Shown here: in pieces, positions 9,381-18,146 of the stretch
Position numbering within the stretch: position 1 is the stretch's first letter
How the letters are laid out: every line of letters starts with the position of its first letter
From: Stappiaceae bacterium
GTDB taxonomy: Bacteria > Pseudomonadota > Alphaproteobacteria > Rhizobiales > Stappiaceae
Direction of reading: 5' to 3'
Assembly (NCBI GenBank): GCA_039976075.1
Contig: JBDWFY010000001.1
Span: 159,920 to 223,919 of the forward strand
DNA: 64,000 nt
The notes under the pieces: generated by a model
The model's input: the letters and a program-made list of their open reading frames with translations, nothing else
Database searches by the model: none
What the model was told of the DNA's origin: nothing
Program-made: the position numbers and the translations under genes

Positions 9381-10271
9381 TCAGCCAAATCGATGACTTT
9401 GACGTCCTTTGACACCGACCTTGAGGGCGAACAAACCGCCTTCTTGCGGATTTTGTTCAAGATGTTCCGGCTCCATGGTAAAGCGCGCAGAGGTGACATA
9501 GAGCGTGTCCAGATTCTCACCACCAAACGTGCAGCTTGTCGGCCAGGAGCAGGGCAGATCGACAACGCGGTCAATTTCGCCTTCGGGTGAAAAGCGCAGC
9601 ATACAGCTGCCTCCGACGACGCGGCAATTCCAGATGTAGCCTTCCGCGTCCATGGTCGATCCGTCGGGAAGTCCATGTTTGAAATTGGAAATTATCGTTT
9701 TACGCCCCGATAGTGCACCGGTCGCTGCATCCACATTATATCGATAGATTTCATTTTTAAGAGTATCGGCGGTAATCAGGTGACCGTTGTCGCTCCAGAC
9801 CAACGTATTTGTGATGCCGAAACGATCTTCACTGACCCGCATGATCTGTCCATCCGGTGCGCATCGGTAAAGCCGCCCAGAATCTTCCAAAATATCAACC
9901 GGACTGCCATCAGCGGCAATGTTGTTCTGCATGGTCCCGACCCAAAAGGCCCCGTCCGGCCCGACCACGCCTTCGTTCAACCGGTTTCCCGGCAGATCCG
10001 GTTCAACTGATACAAAGGTGTTAAACGGCCCGTCAAAGTCCCAAAGACAAATTTCTCGTGTTAGGCCCACGATCGCGCCACCGTCTTTTCTCAGGCCGAT
10101 GGATGTTACGAAATCGGGCGCGCTCCAGCTCCGATGCCGGCCAGTTTCCGGCGCAAGTGAATGAATGGTTTTCCCAACAATATCAACCCACAAGAGTCTG
10201 CTGTTTGGGGCGTCCCAAACAATGCTTTCACCGACAGTATTTTGGGCTGGAAAGATCATTTCTGCTGGCAT
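9381..10271 (-). CDS. SMP-30/gluconolactonase/LRE-family lactonase (six-bladed beta-propeller)
   Basis: Motifs 'EGPVWD'-like ('ESIVWDAPNSRLLWVDI'), 'PDGSTMDAEGYIW' and 'NGLA'-like; about 295 aa. Confidence 0.7.
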   Translation of the reverse strand: MPAEMIFPAQNTVGESIVWDAPNSRLLWVDIVGKTIHSLAPETGRHRSWSAPDFVTSIGLRKDGGAIVGLTREICLWDFDGPFNTFVSVEPDLPGNRLNEGVVGPDGAFWVGTMQNNIAADGSPVDILEDSGRLYRCAPDGQIMRVSEDRFGITNTLVWSDNGHLITADTLKNEIYRYNVDAATGALSGRKTIISNFKHGLPDGSTMDAEGYIWNCRVVGGSCMLRFSPEGEIDRVVDLPCSWPTSCTFGGENLDTLYVTSARFTMEPEHLEQNPQEGGLFALKVGVKGRQSHRFG

Positions 10272-10336
10272 TTCTGTCCCCTGAAGAAAGTATATTGACA
10301 GCAAGAGTAAACCAACTTAACTATCATAATCAACCA

Positions 10337-10351
10337 ACCTGTCAGACAGGT
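10337..10351. promoter_or_regulatory. Perfect palindrome ACCTGTC-A-GACAGGT between the divergent lactonase and gntR genes; candidate GntR/FadR-type operator
   Basis: Read from the sequence. It resembles the t.GTC.GAC.a operator pattern of FadR-subfamily regulators. Confidence 0.4.
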
Positions 10352-10380
10352 TAGATAATAAATGTTAACTGGATTGGGAA

Positions 10381-11094
10381 ATGCAAGAAAATACGGGCGC
10401 AGCAGGAAATGGAGATCTGGTGAGCAGCACCATCGGTGTTATCACCCGGCATATCCGTTCCAATGAACTGGGTCCCGGCGACAGATTGCCAAGCGAATCC
10501 AGCCTTGCAAAGGAACTGGACGTTTCCCGCAGTGTCGTTCGGGAGGCGTTTCGCTCCCTGGCTGCCATGCGTTTGATCAATTTGAGCGCCGGCAAGCGCG
10601 CAACCGTGGCAAATCTTGATCATGGTGCCATGTCGCTGATGATCGAACACGGCGTACAAACCGAACAGATCAGCGTTCAGCAGATCTATGATGTCAGGCG
10701 CACCATAGAGATGCGGACCGTTACTCTCGCCAGCCTTCGTCGAACCGAAGGGGAGGCGGCTGCGATCAGACATCATGCCAGCGAGATGATGGCGCATAAA
10801 GACGATGCAGATCAGGTGATGGAGCATGATCTGGCATTTCATCTTGAAATCGCCAAAGCCTCACGCAATCCGATATTTGCGATGATTGTTGGCGCATTTC
10901 AGGGGGTGTCGCGGGAAAGCTGGCCCATTGGCTGGCGAAACAGGGTGCAACAGAGCCAGCGCCTGTCGATGCTGCAGACTCATATGAATATAGCGGATGC
11001 CATTGCAACGGGTGATCCGCAAAAAGCCAATGAGCTCATGGCTGCTCACTTCGATGACAGCATCAAGGTCCTGCTTGATGCCGGTGTGAGCTGA
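10381..11094 (+). CDS. GntR-family transcriptional regulator (FCD domain), probable regulator of the downstream sugar-acid locus
   Basis: wHTH 'LPSESSLAKELDVSRSVVREAFRSLAAMRLI' plus a helical FCD domain. Confidence 0.8.
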   Translation: MQENTGAAGNGDLVSSTIGVITRHIRSNELGPGDRLPSESSLAKELDVSRSVVREAFRSLAAMRLINLSAGKRATVANLDHGAMSLMIEHGVQTEQISVQQIYDVRRTIEMRTVTLASLRRTEGEAAAIRHHASEMMAHKDDADQVMEHDLAFHLEIAKASRNPIFAMIVGAFQGVSRESWPIGWRNRVQQSQRLSMLQTHMNIADAIATGDPQKANELMAAHFDDSIKVLLDAGVS

Positions 11095-11099
11095 TCGAT

Positions 11100-12308
11100 A
11101 TGAAAATCACTAAACTTGAAACCATTCGTATCGAAGACCGCCCCAATCTGCTCTGGATCCAGGTTCATACCGATGAAGGCCTTATCGGTCTGGGCGAAAC
11201 CTTTTTCGGAGCGAAGGCGGTTGAAGCCTACATCCACGAAACCGTTGCCCCGATCGTTATTGGCAGAAATCCGCTGGAAATCGATAAACTGTCTGCCGAT
11301 CTGGTGGGCTATCTGGGATATCGCTCCACCGGGGTTGAGATGCGAGGCAATTCGGCCTTCGACATTGCTTTGTGGGACATTCTGGGCAAGACAACCGGTC
11401 AGCCGATTGCGCAATTGCTGGGCGGGTTCACCAGACAGGATATCCGGACCTACAATACGTGTGCCGGCGTCGAATATATCAAGAAAGCAGCTGGCCAGAA
11501 CACGGCGAACTACGCATTGAATTCGGGCAATGTTGAAGATCTGGACGATCTCAACGCCTTTATGAATTGTGCAGACGAGTTGGCTGTCTCCCTGCTTGAA
11601 GAAGACATCACGGCAATGAAGATCTGGCCGTTTGATCTCGCTGCCGAGAAAACACGCGGACAATATATATCGCCCGCAGACCTGAAATCGGCGCTGGAAC
11701 CGTTTGATAAAATCCGCAATGCGGTTGGCGACAAGATGGACATCATGGTTGAATTCCATCTGATGTGGCAGCTTCTGCCTGCCATTGAGATCGCCCGGGC
11801 GCTTGAGCCGTACAAAACCTTCTGGCACGAAGACCCCATCAAGATGGACAGCCTGTCCAGCCTCCAACGCTATGGAGCCGCGAGCAGGGCTCCCATTGCC
11901 GCTTCGGAAACCCTGGGGAGCCGGTGGGCGTTTCGGGATCTGATCGAAACCGGCGTGGCGGGCATATTCAATCTCGATATCAGTTGGTGTGGCGGTTTGA
12001 GCGAGGCCCGTAAAATCGCCGCAATGGCTGAGACATGGCATCTGCCCATTGCACCGCACGATTGCACCGGGCCAGTCGTCCTGTGTGCCTCAACCCATCT
12101 GTCGCTGAATGCACCCAATGCACTCGTTCAGGAAAGCGTACGCGCCTTCTATCGAACCTGGTACCGCGATCTGGTAACGGCTCTGCCGCCTGTAAACAAA
12201 GGCAGAATTACCGTTCCACCTGGCCCGGGATTGGGAATGGAACTGAACCCGGATCTAGACCGGGCGTTTACCACATACCGAAAAACGTCAGATGCAGCCA
12301 GCATCTGA
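11100..12308 (+). CDS. Enolase-superfamily enzyme (mandelate racemase/muconate lactonizing enzyme family; probable sugar-acid dehydratase)
   Basis: 'MKITKLETIRIEDRPNLLWIQVHTDEGLIGLGETF', 'FDIALWDILGKTTGQPIAQLLGG' and the C-terminal metal-ligand region are typical of MR/MLE dehydratases of about 400 aa. Confidence 0.8.
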   Translation: MKITKLETIRIEDRPNLLWIQVHTDEGLIGLGETFFGAKAVEAYIHETVAPIVIGRNPLEIDKLSADLVGYLGYRSTGVEMRGNSAFDIALWDILGKTTGQPIAQLLGGFTRQDIRTYNTCAGVEYIKKAAGQNTANYALNSGNVEDLDDLNAFMNCADELAVSLLEEDITAMKIWPFDLAAEKTRGQYISPADLKSALEPFDKIRNAVGDKMDIMVEFHLMWQLLPAIEIARALEPYKTFWHEDPIKMDSLSSLQRYGAASRAPIAASETLGSRWAFRDLIETGVAGIFNLDISWCGGLSEARKIAAMAETWHLPIAPHDCTGPVVLCASTHLSLNAPNALVQESVRAFYRTWYRDLVTALPPVNKGRITVPPGPGLGMELNPDLDRAFTTYRKTSDAASI

Positions 12309-12338
12309 CAGATCTGCTTTCAAGGGAGGAAACCTGAA

Positions 12339-13310
12339 ATGAAAAAACTATTGGCATCCGCTGCAGTGGCAACCATGTTGCTAGGCGGCGTCGCTCAGGC
12401 AGAGGGCCTGAATATCGTCTTCACTCATCACTCATCTGCGTCAAACACCTTCTGGCAAGCCGTGAAGAAAGGGTTTGACGACGCGTGCGAAAAAATTCAG
12501 GCAAATTGTCAGATGATCTTCACTCAGACTGAGGGATCAATCGAACAGCAGGCAGCCAATATGGAGACCGCACTGGCGCGTAAGCCGGATGCGCTGCTGA
12601 CGTCCATTGTCGATGATCGTGCTCTGGACGAAATCATCGACCGTGCCGTCAACGATGGTGTGACCGTTATCGCCGTGAACGTCGATGACAGCGAAGGTGC
12701 CGACGGTAATGCCCGGGCTGCCTTTGTTGGCCAGGGTTTCCGTCCAGCAGGCCATTCGCTTGGAAAAGCAATGTCCGCGCATTTCCCCAAAGAGGGTCCA
12801 ATCAAGGTACTTGTGGGCATTTCTGCTCCTGGCCAGAACTGGTCCGAAGCCCGCGGTGGCGGCGTGATGGACTTCCTCGAAGAATATAAAGCCGCAAATC
12901 CGGATCGTGACATTTCCTGGGAGCGGATTGACAGCGGAACAGATCTCGCGGTTACAGCGGACCGTGTCGGTGCCTATCTGAATGCCAATCCGGATACGAC
13001 AGCCTATTTTGACACCGGTTTCTGGCATGCGGCCGTGGCGCGGGTATTGAAAGATCGTGGTGTGGAGCCCGGCAAGGTGCTGCTGGGCGGCTTCGACCTG
13101 GTCCCGGAAGCCGTTCAACAGATGCAGGCTGGCTACATTCAGGTCCAGGTGGATCAACAACCTTACATGCAGGGTTTCATCCCTGTCATGCAGGCCTATC
13201 TCGCAGACAAGGTTGGTCTTACACCGGCCAATGTAGATACCGGCCAGGGAATTGTTACACCGGCAGATGCTGACGGGATCATGGAACTGTCGGCAAAAGG
13301 CCTGCGCTAG
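12339..13310 (+). CDS. Sugar ABC transporter periplasmic substrate-binding protein (type I PBP, RbsB-like)
   Basis: Signal peptide 'MKKLLASAAVATMLLGGVAQA' followed by a PBP-1 fold pattern. Confidence 0.8.
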   Translation: MKKLLASAAVATMLLGGVAQAEGLNIVFTHHSSASNTFWQAVKKGFDDACEKIQANCQMIFTQTEGSIEQQAANMETALARKPDALLTSIVDDRALDEIIDRAVNDGVTVIAVNVDDSEGADGNARAAFVGQGFRPAGHSLGKAMSAHFPKEGPIKVLVGISAPGQNWSEARGGGVMDFLEEYKAANPDRDISWERIDSGTDLAVTADRVGAYLNANPDTTAYFDTGFWHAAVARVLKDRGVEPGKVLLGGFDLVPEAVQQMQAGYIQVQVDQQPYMQGFIPVMQAYLADKVGLTPANVDTGQGIVTPADADGIMELSAKGLR

Positions 13311-13341
13311 AGCGCTTTAACAATAAGTGCGACCCGGCTGA

Positions 13342-14367
13342 ATGTCGAACATGCAGCCGGGTTTACTGAAGGGGGAAGGGTCGCGGCAGATGAAACGCCT
13401 GATTAAAATCTATATGGAGAAGCCGGAGTTGGCCGCTTTGGTGCTTCTTGTCCTGCTGACGGTCCTATTTCAGATTCAATCTGACGGAATATTTCTCAGC
13501 GCCAATAACTTACGTGGAATACTGGGGATCCTACCCGAGATAGGGTTGATGGTGATCGGTGTAACGATCCTGATGATCTGTGGTGAATTCGACTTGTCGG
13601 TGGGGTCCGTTTTTGCGCTCATGCCAATGACAATGGCTGTGCTGATGGCCGATAACGTTCCGTTTTTCCTTGCGTTTATCGCAGGTCTTGCGGTGTGCGC
13701 AGCGATCGGCTTCATCAACGGATTTCTCACAATCAAATATAACATCCCGAGTTTTATCACCACACTGGGAATGCTGTTCATCGCCCGGTCGCTGACCATA
13801 GTCATCTCCGGTGGTTTTCCGCCGCTATTACCCAATGATCTGCCCAACTGGCTGTTCACTGTTTTTGTCGGACCAGGCGATCTGTTTCGCATGTCATTCG
13901 TTTGGTTCGTGGTCATCGCGGTTCTGGCTTCGTTGCTGATGAGCCGGACGAATTTTGGCAACTGGGTTCGTGCCACTGGCGGATTTTTACCGGCTGCCAT
14001 GTCGATGGGTATCCCGACAGCGCGGGTTAAGATTGCCTGCTTCATGTTGTGTTCCATGTTGGCCGGATTTGCCGGCATGATCCAGGTGCTTCGCCTTGGA
14101 TCACCCCTTCCGTCGATCGGTGAGGGGTGGGAATTGCAGGCGGTTGCTGCCGCCGTTATTGGCGGCACGGCTCTCACGGGTGGCATTGGAGCGGTGCTGG
14201 GTGGCGTAATTGGTGCGATCCTCATACGCGTCATCGATAACGGGTTGGTTCTGAGCCAGGTTGACGCCAATTGGTTCAAGTTTGCCATCGGCTTTCTCAC
14301 CATCTTCGCCGTCGTTATTAATGCATGGCTCGCAAAACGTGCCAAAGCCATCAAGGTGGAGACCTGA
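13342..14367 (+). CDS. Sugar ABC transporter permease (RbsC/XylH-like)
   Basis: Multi-TM protein with the 'GEFDLSVGS' motif typical of ribose/xylose-type permeases. The alternative start at 13390 (MKRLIK) is more likely than 13342. Confidence 0.75.
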   Translation: MSNMQPGLLKGEGSRQMKRLIKIYMEKPELAALVLLVLLTVLFQIQSDGIFLSANNLRGILGILPEIGLMVIGVTILMICGEFDLSVGSVFALMPMTMAVLMADNVPFFLAFIAGLAVCAAIGFINGFLTIKYNIPSFITTLGMLFIARSLTIVISGGFPPLLPNDLPNWLFTVFVGPGDLFRMSFVWFVVIAVLASLLMSRTNFGNWVRATGGFLPAAMSMGIPTARVKIACFMLCSMLAGFAGMIQVLRLGSPLPSIGEGWELQAVAAAVIGGTALTGGIGAVLGGVIGAILIRVIDNGLVLSQVDANWFKFAIGFLTIFAVVINAWLAKRAKAIKVET

Positions 14368-14370
14368 GCC

Positions 14371-15102
14371 ATGACAGAGCCCATCATCTCAGTGCGCGAT
14401 CTGCACAAGTGGTATTCAGGCGTGCATGCGTTAAAGGGGGTCTCGCTTGATTTTCAGCCCAACGAGGCTGTCGGCCTGATCGGTGACAACGGTGCGGGCA
14501 AGTCGACTTTAATCAATATCCTTTCCGGTGCTCAGCAGGCCAGTGACGGAGAGATTTTCCTTGAGGGAACCAAAGTCAAAATCAACAATCCGCGCGATGC
14601 CATGGATCTGGGGATAGAGACCATCTACCAGTACAATTCCATGGTTCCGACAATGAGCATTTCTCGCAATCTGTTCATCGGACGAGAACCGATGAAGCTT
14701 TCTGCTTTCGGTTTCGGCGTGATGGACCGCAAGAAAATGGCTGAAGAGAGCGTCAAAGCGATTGCAGATGTGGATTTGCACCTTCGCTCACCCGATGCAC
14801 TGGTTGGCGAATTATCCGGCGGTCAGCGTCAGGGCGTGGCAATCGCCCGAGCCATGCATTTCAAATCCAAGGTCATGATCCTTGACGAGCCAACCAATCA
14901 CCTGGCGGTCAAGGAAACCAAAAAAGTCATCGGTTTCGTGCGCGGACTAAAGGATATGGGCATTACCGGCATTTTCATCAGTCACAACATTCACCATGTC
15001 TTCGAATGCTGTGATCGGATCGTCGCCATGGCCCGTGGAGAGGTGGTGCTGGATAAAAGAACACACGAAACCACCATGGACGAAATAATGGACGTCCTGT
15101 GA
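14371..15102 (+). CDS. ABC transporter ATP-binding protein (single NBD)
   Basis: Walker A 'GDNGAGKST', signature 'LSGGQRQ', Walker B 'ILDEPT' and an H-loop. Confidence 0.85.
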   Translation: MTEPIISVRDLHKWYSGVHALKGVSLDFQPNEAVGLIGDNGAGKSTLINILSGAQQASDGEIFLEGTKVKINNPRDAMDLGIETIYQYNSMVPTMSISRNLFIGREPMKLSAFGFGVMDRKKMAEESVKAIADVDLHLRSPDALVGELSGGQRQGVAIARAMHFKSKVMILDEPTNHLAVKETKKVIGFVRGLKDMGITGIFISHNIHHVFECCDRIVAMARGEVVLDKRTHETTMDEIMDVL

Positions 15103-15112
15103 GGAGGAAGAC

Positions 15113-15856
15113 ATGGCAACATTGACAGGCAAAACAGCTCTTCTTACCGGTGGACTGGGTACCCTGGGTCGCGCGCAGGCTATCAAACTATCTGCCGAAG
15201 GGGCGCAGGTGGTGGTGCTGGATCGCCCTGAAAGCGACAATGCAGAAGCACGGGCTGCGGCACTGGGCGACAGTGTCAGTTTTTTCGGGTGCGATCTCAA
15301 TGATCTGGAAAACGCTGAAACTCTCGTCGGCGAGTTGGCCAACAAAGTCGGCGGTTTTGATGTTCTGATCAACAATGCAGCGCTCATCATCAACAAGCCG
15401 CATGAAGATTTCACGCTGACCGAATATGAGGATCAGATCAGGGTCAATTCCTCGGCAGCCTTTGCGCTGACCCGCACCTGTGCTGCCAGCATGAAGGCTA
15501 AAAAATACGGCAAGGTGGTGAATTTCACTTCCGTCACGTTGACCGGTCAGTGGGATGGATACGTTCCGTATGTCACCTCAAAAGGGGCGATGTTCGGCCT
15601 GACCAAATCGATGGCACGTGAGCTGGGTCCCCATGGCATCACCATCAACGCGGTGGCCCCCGGAGCGATTGTATCGGAGGCCGAAGAACGGGTATTCGGC
15701 GATAAACTTCAGGAATATAATGATTGGGTTCTGGACCGCCAATGTCTGAAAGCGCGCATTCAGCCTGAGCATGTTGCAGATCTCGTCCATTTTCTGGTTT
15801 CCCCGGCATCCGACATGATTACGGGCCAGAACTATGCGATTGACGGGGGATGGTAG
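15113..15856 (+). CDS. SDR-family NAD(P)-dependent oxidoreductase (probable sugar 1-dehydrogenase)
   Basis: 'TGGLGTLG' nucleotide-binding motif and catalytic 'YVTSK'. Confidence 0.8.
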   Translation: MATLTGKTALLTGGLGTLGRAQAIKLSAEGAQVVVLDRPESDNAEARAAALGDSVSFFGCDLNDLENAETLVGELANKVGGFDVLINNAALIINKPHEDFTLTEYEDQIRVNSSAAFALTRTCAASMKAKKYGKVVNFTSVTLTGQWDGYVPYVTSKGAMFGLTKSMARELGPHGITINAVAPGAIVSEAEERVFGDKLQEYNDWVLDRQCLKARIQPEHVADLVHFLVSPASDMITGQNYAIDGGW

Positions 15857-16716
15857 AGCCCGTCGAGATCACCGCAGGCCCGGCGCGGCTGGTATTGGCT
15901 CCCGATATGGGCGGTGGAATTGCGCGACTGGATGTGAATGATTGCCCTGTGTTGCGTCCTTTTGCCGGTGACGAGGCCAATCCGTTTTCACTTGCATGCA
16001 ATATCCTCGTTCCTTTCTCCAATCGCATCTCTCAGGGCGGTTTTGAATGGAGAGGAAAGAGGTACGCGCTGGAACCCAACCTCGAGGGTGAGCCGTTTCC
16101 CATTCATGGCGATGGATTTCAGAAGGTCTGGCAGGCGGAGCGATGCGATGCCTCCGTCAGACTTGCGCTGGTCGAGGGAACCTTTGGTCCCTGGCGTTAC
16201 GGCGCAAGTCAGACATTCCGCCTGTCAGAGACCGCGTTGAAGGTTGCTCTTTCTGTCACCAATAAAGGATCCACTGCTCTGCCATTTGGATGTGGTTTTC
16301 ATCCATGGTTCCCGCGAAGCCATGCAACGCGTTTGTCGTTTATGGCCGGTAGTGTCTGGATGGAGGACGCGCAGTACTTGCCGATTGAGGAGCAGCAGCT
16401 TGTCGATGCACCGGATTGGGATTTCACCAATTCCCGAAAACTGCCCTCAAGCTGGATCAATAACGGCTACGCCGGCTGGCTGGGTGAGGCCCGTATCGAC
16501 CAGGGACAGGATGCTGTTTCCTGTGTAATCAAAGCGTCCGAAAATCTGGGAACCGCACTGATCTATTCTCCAGAGGGAAGTGCTAATTTTTTCTGCTTCG
16601 AACCGGTTTCCCATCCGGTCGATGCCTTTCATCTGCCGGAATATCCGGGGCTGAAGGAACTGGCACCAGGTGAACAGCTCAAGGCCAGCATGACGATCTG
16701 TTGGGAGGCGCTTTAA
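15850..16716 (+). CDS. Aldose 1-epimerase (mutarotase) family protein
   Basis: 'FSNRISQGGF', 'HGDGF', 'GFHPWF' motifs. The start overlaps the SDR stop (ATGGTAG). Confidence 0.7.
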   Translation: MVEPVEITAGPARLVLAPDMGGGIARLDVNDCPVLRPFAGDEANPFSLACNILVPFSNRISQGGFEWRGKRYALEPNLEGEPFPIHGDGFQKVWQAERCDASVRLALVEGTFGPWRYGASQTFRLSETALKVALSVTNKGSTALPFGCGFHPWFPRSHATRLSFMAGSVWMEDAQYLPIEEQQLVDAPDWDFTNSRKLPSSWINNGYAGWLGEARIDQGQDAVSCVIKASENLGTALIYSPEGSANFFCFEPVSHPVDAFHLPEYPGLKELAPGEQLKASMTICWEAL

Positions 16717-16740
16717 ACCCACTTTTTGCTCGTAAAACAA

Positions 16741-17535
16741 TTATTTCAGAGCTTCCAATGCCTCTTTTTCCTTTTCGTCCGACAGGGGATCTTCTGCACC
16801 AATGTCATCCAGATAGCTGGTCAGTGCTTCAAGGGAAGAAGCCGGAGCATAGCTGTCGTCGGTAGGCCCGGTCAGAACGGCAAAAGAAACAGTCCAGGCG
16901 TTGTCCTGATGACAGGCGACTGCAACGGCGGTGGCCGTTTTAACCTGATCATATTCGAACTCTCGGCAAAAAGTACCGTTGCTGTCGCGGAAAGACGCGA
17001 TTGCCCTCACGCGTTCCTGCCCCCCTGCAAGATTGATCTCGGAACCCGATGGCAGACTGTCGAGCTGGTTGAGAACAGAAGTATTGGACAGGCTGCTGAG
17101 AAGGGTAGAGCCCGATTGCGAAGACCTATCCTCTCCGACACCAATCAGGTAGCCCGAGCCAACGCCAATAAACAAGGCAATTGATGCAGCGAGAGGGAGG
17201 GCCCATGACGGCATTTGCTTTTGAGCCGTTCGGTCTATTCTGTCTGAAAAAGCGACAACTTTCTCGGTGTTGCCGACCGGTGAGGTCTGACTGCCTGAGT
17301 TTGCAGCCTCTACCATCTTCTCGATCTTAGTTTGCAACGCGGCGGGAACAGGTTCGTTGAGCAACGGTTCCAGCCCATCTTTTGCCATCGCCCGACTTTC
17401 GGTAAACACAACAAGACGGTTCACCAGGTCATCGTCGGTCGCAAGCGCAGCTTCGACTTTGGCAGACGTGGCTGCGTCGAGCTCGTTATCGGCAAACGCC
17501 ATCAGCGTTTCATCATCGAAAACCTGTTTTGTCAT
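16741..17535 (-). CDS. Anti-sigma factor (single-pass membrane protein; N-terminal sigma-binding region, periplasmic C-domain)
   Basis: It overlaps the upstream ECF sigma gene by 4 nt. The N-terminus 'ETLMAFADNELDAATSAKVEAAL' is like the RskA/anti-sigma N-domain. One TM helix 'WALPLAASIALFIGVGSGYLIGV' is present. Confidence 0.55.
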   Translation of the reverse strand: MTKQVFDDETLMAFADNELDAATSAKVEAALATDDDLVNRLVVFTESRAMAKDGLEPLLNEPVPAALQTKIEKMVEAANSGSQTSPVGNTEKVVAFSDRIDRTAQKQMPSWALPLAASIALFIGVGSGYLIGVGEDRSSQSGSTLLSSLSNTSVLNQLDSLPSGSEINLAGGQERVRAIASFRDSNGTFCREFEYDQVKTATAVAVACHQDNAWTVSFAVLTGPTDDSYAPASSLEALTSYLDDIGAEDPLSDEKEKEALEALK

Positions 17536-18065
17536 GGCTCATTCCCTTTTCCGTCTGGTAAACGGCTGGGGTTTGAATTTATTCCAAGTTCAGCGTGAAG
17601 TGCCTTTCGCGCGCGCGCCAAGCGGCTCATAACTGTGCCGATCGGAACGCCCAGCGCTTCACTGGCTTCCTTGTAGGAAAGCTCTTCCACAGTCACAAGA
17701 ACAAGTACCGCGCGTTGATCGTCCGGCAAACCTTCAATCGCTTTGGCAGTGGCGTTGAGCATAAGTCGATTTTCGGTAACCGCTCCGCCATCCGTACCAA
17801 TGAGGACCGGGCTATCGTCAATATCTACGACAACGCCTTCTGTTTTGTGTTTCCTGATGCGATCAATCCAGGCATTGCGCATAATTCGGAAGAGCCATGC
17901 ATCAAGTCGTGTACCGGGTTGGAAACTACCTTGATTTGCCAACGCTTTTTCACATGTTATCTGAATGAGATCATCGGCAATATCACGTGATTTACAGAGT
18001 GAAATCGCAAAACGTCGCAGGTTTGGCAGAAGCGCAATCAATTCTGTTCCGAAATCCGCCTGCAT
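17532..18065 (-). CDS. RNA polymerase sigma-70 factor, ECF subfamily
   Basis: Region 2 'DIADDLIQITCEKAL...AWLFRIMRNAWIDRIR' and region 4 'LSYKEASEALGVPIGTVMSRLARAR'. Confidence 0.85.
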   Translation of the reverse strand: MQADFGTELIALLPNLRRFAISLCKSRDIADDLIQITCEKALANQGSFQPGTRLDAWLFRIMRNAWIDRIRKHKTEGVVVDIDDSPVLIGTDGGAVTENRLMLNATAKAIEGLPDDQRAVLVLVTVEELSYKEASEALGVPIGTVMSRLARARKALHAELGINSNPSRLPDGKGNEP

Positions 18066-18105
18066 TCGGTTTCTAATCCCTCAAAATTTTTTTTACCGCT
18101 GTGTT

Positions 18106-18130
18106 GGAATAAATTCGACAGCCTGACGTT
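18106..18130 (+). promoter_or_regulatory. Candidate ECF-sigma-dependent promoter (GGAAT-N16-CGTT) upstream of the S8 peptidase gene
   Basis: GGAAT at 18106-18110 and CGTT at 18127-18130 with a 16 nt spacer, about 20 nt upstream of the peptidase start. It lies divergent to the ECF sigma gene. Confidence 0.35.
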
Positions 18131-18146
18131 TGATTGAATAACGACT

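Noticed and set aside
13476-14408. 310-aa ORF on the minus strand overlapping the ABC permease gene
   Set aside because: It lies entirely antisense to a well-supported permease CDS. Its translation is Pro/Arg/Ala-rich and low-complexity, as expected from the reverse frame of GC-rich coding DNA.
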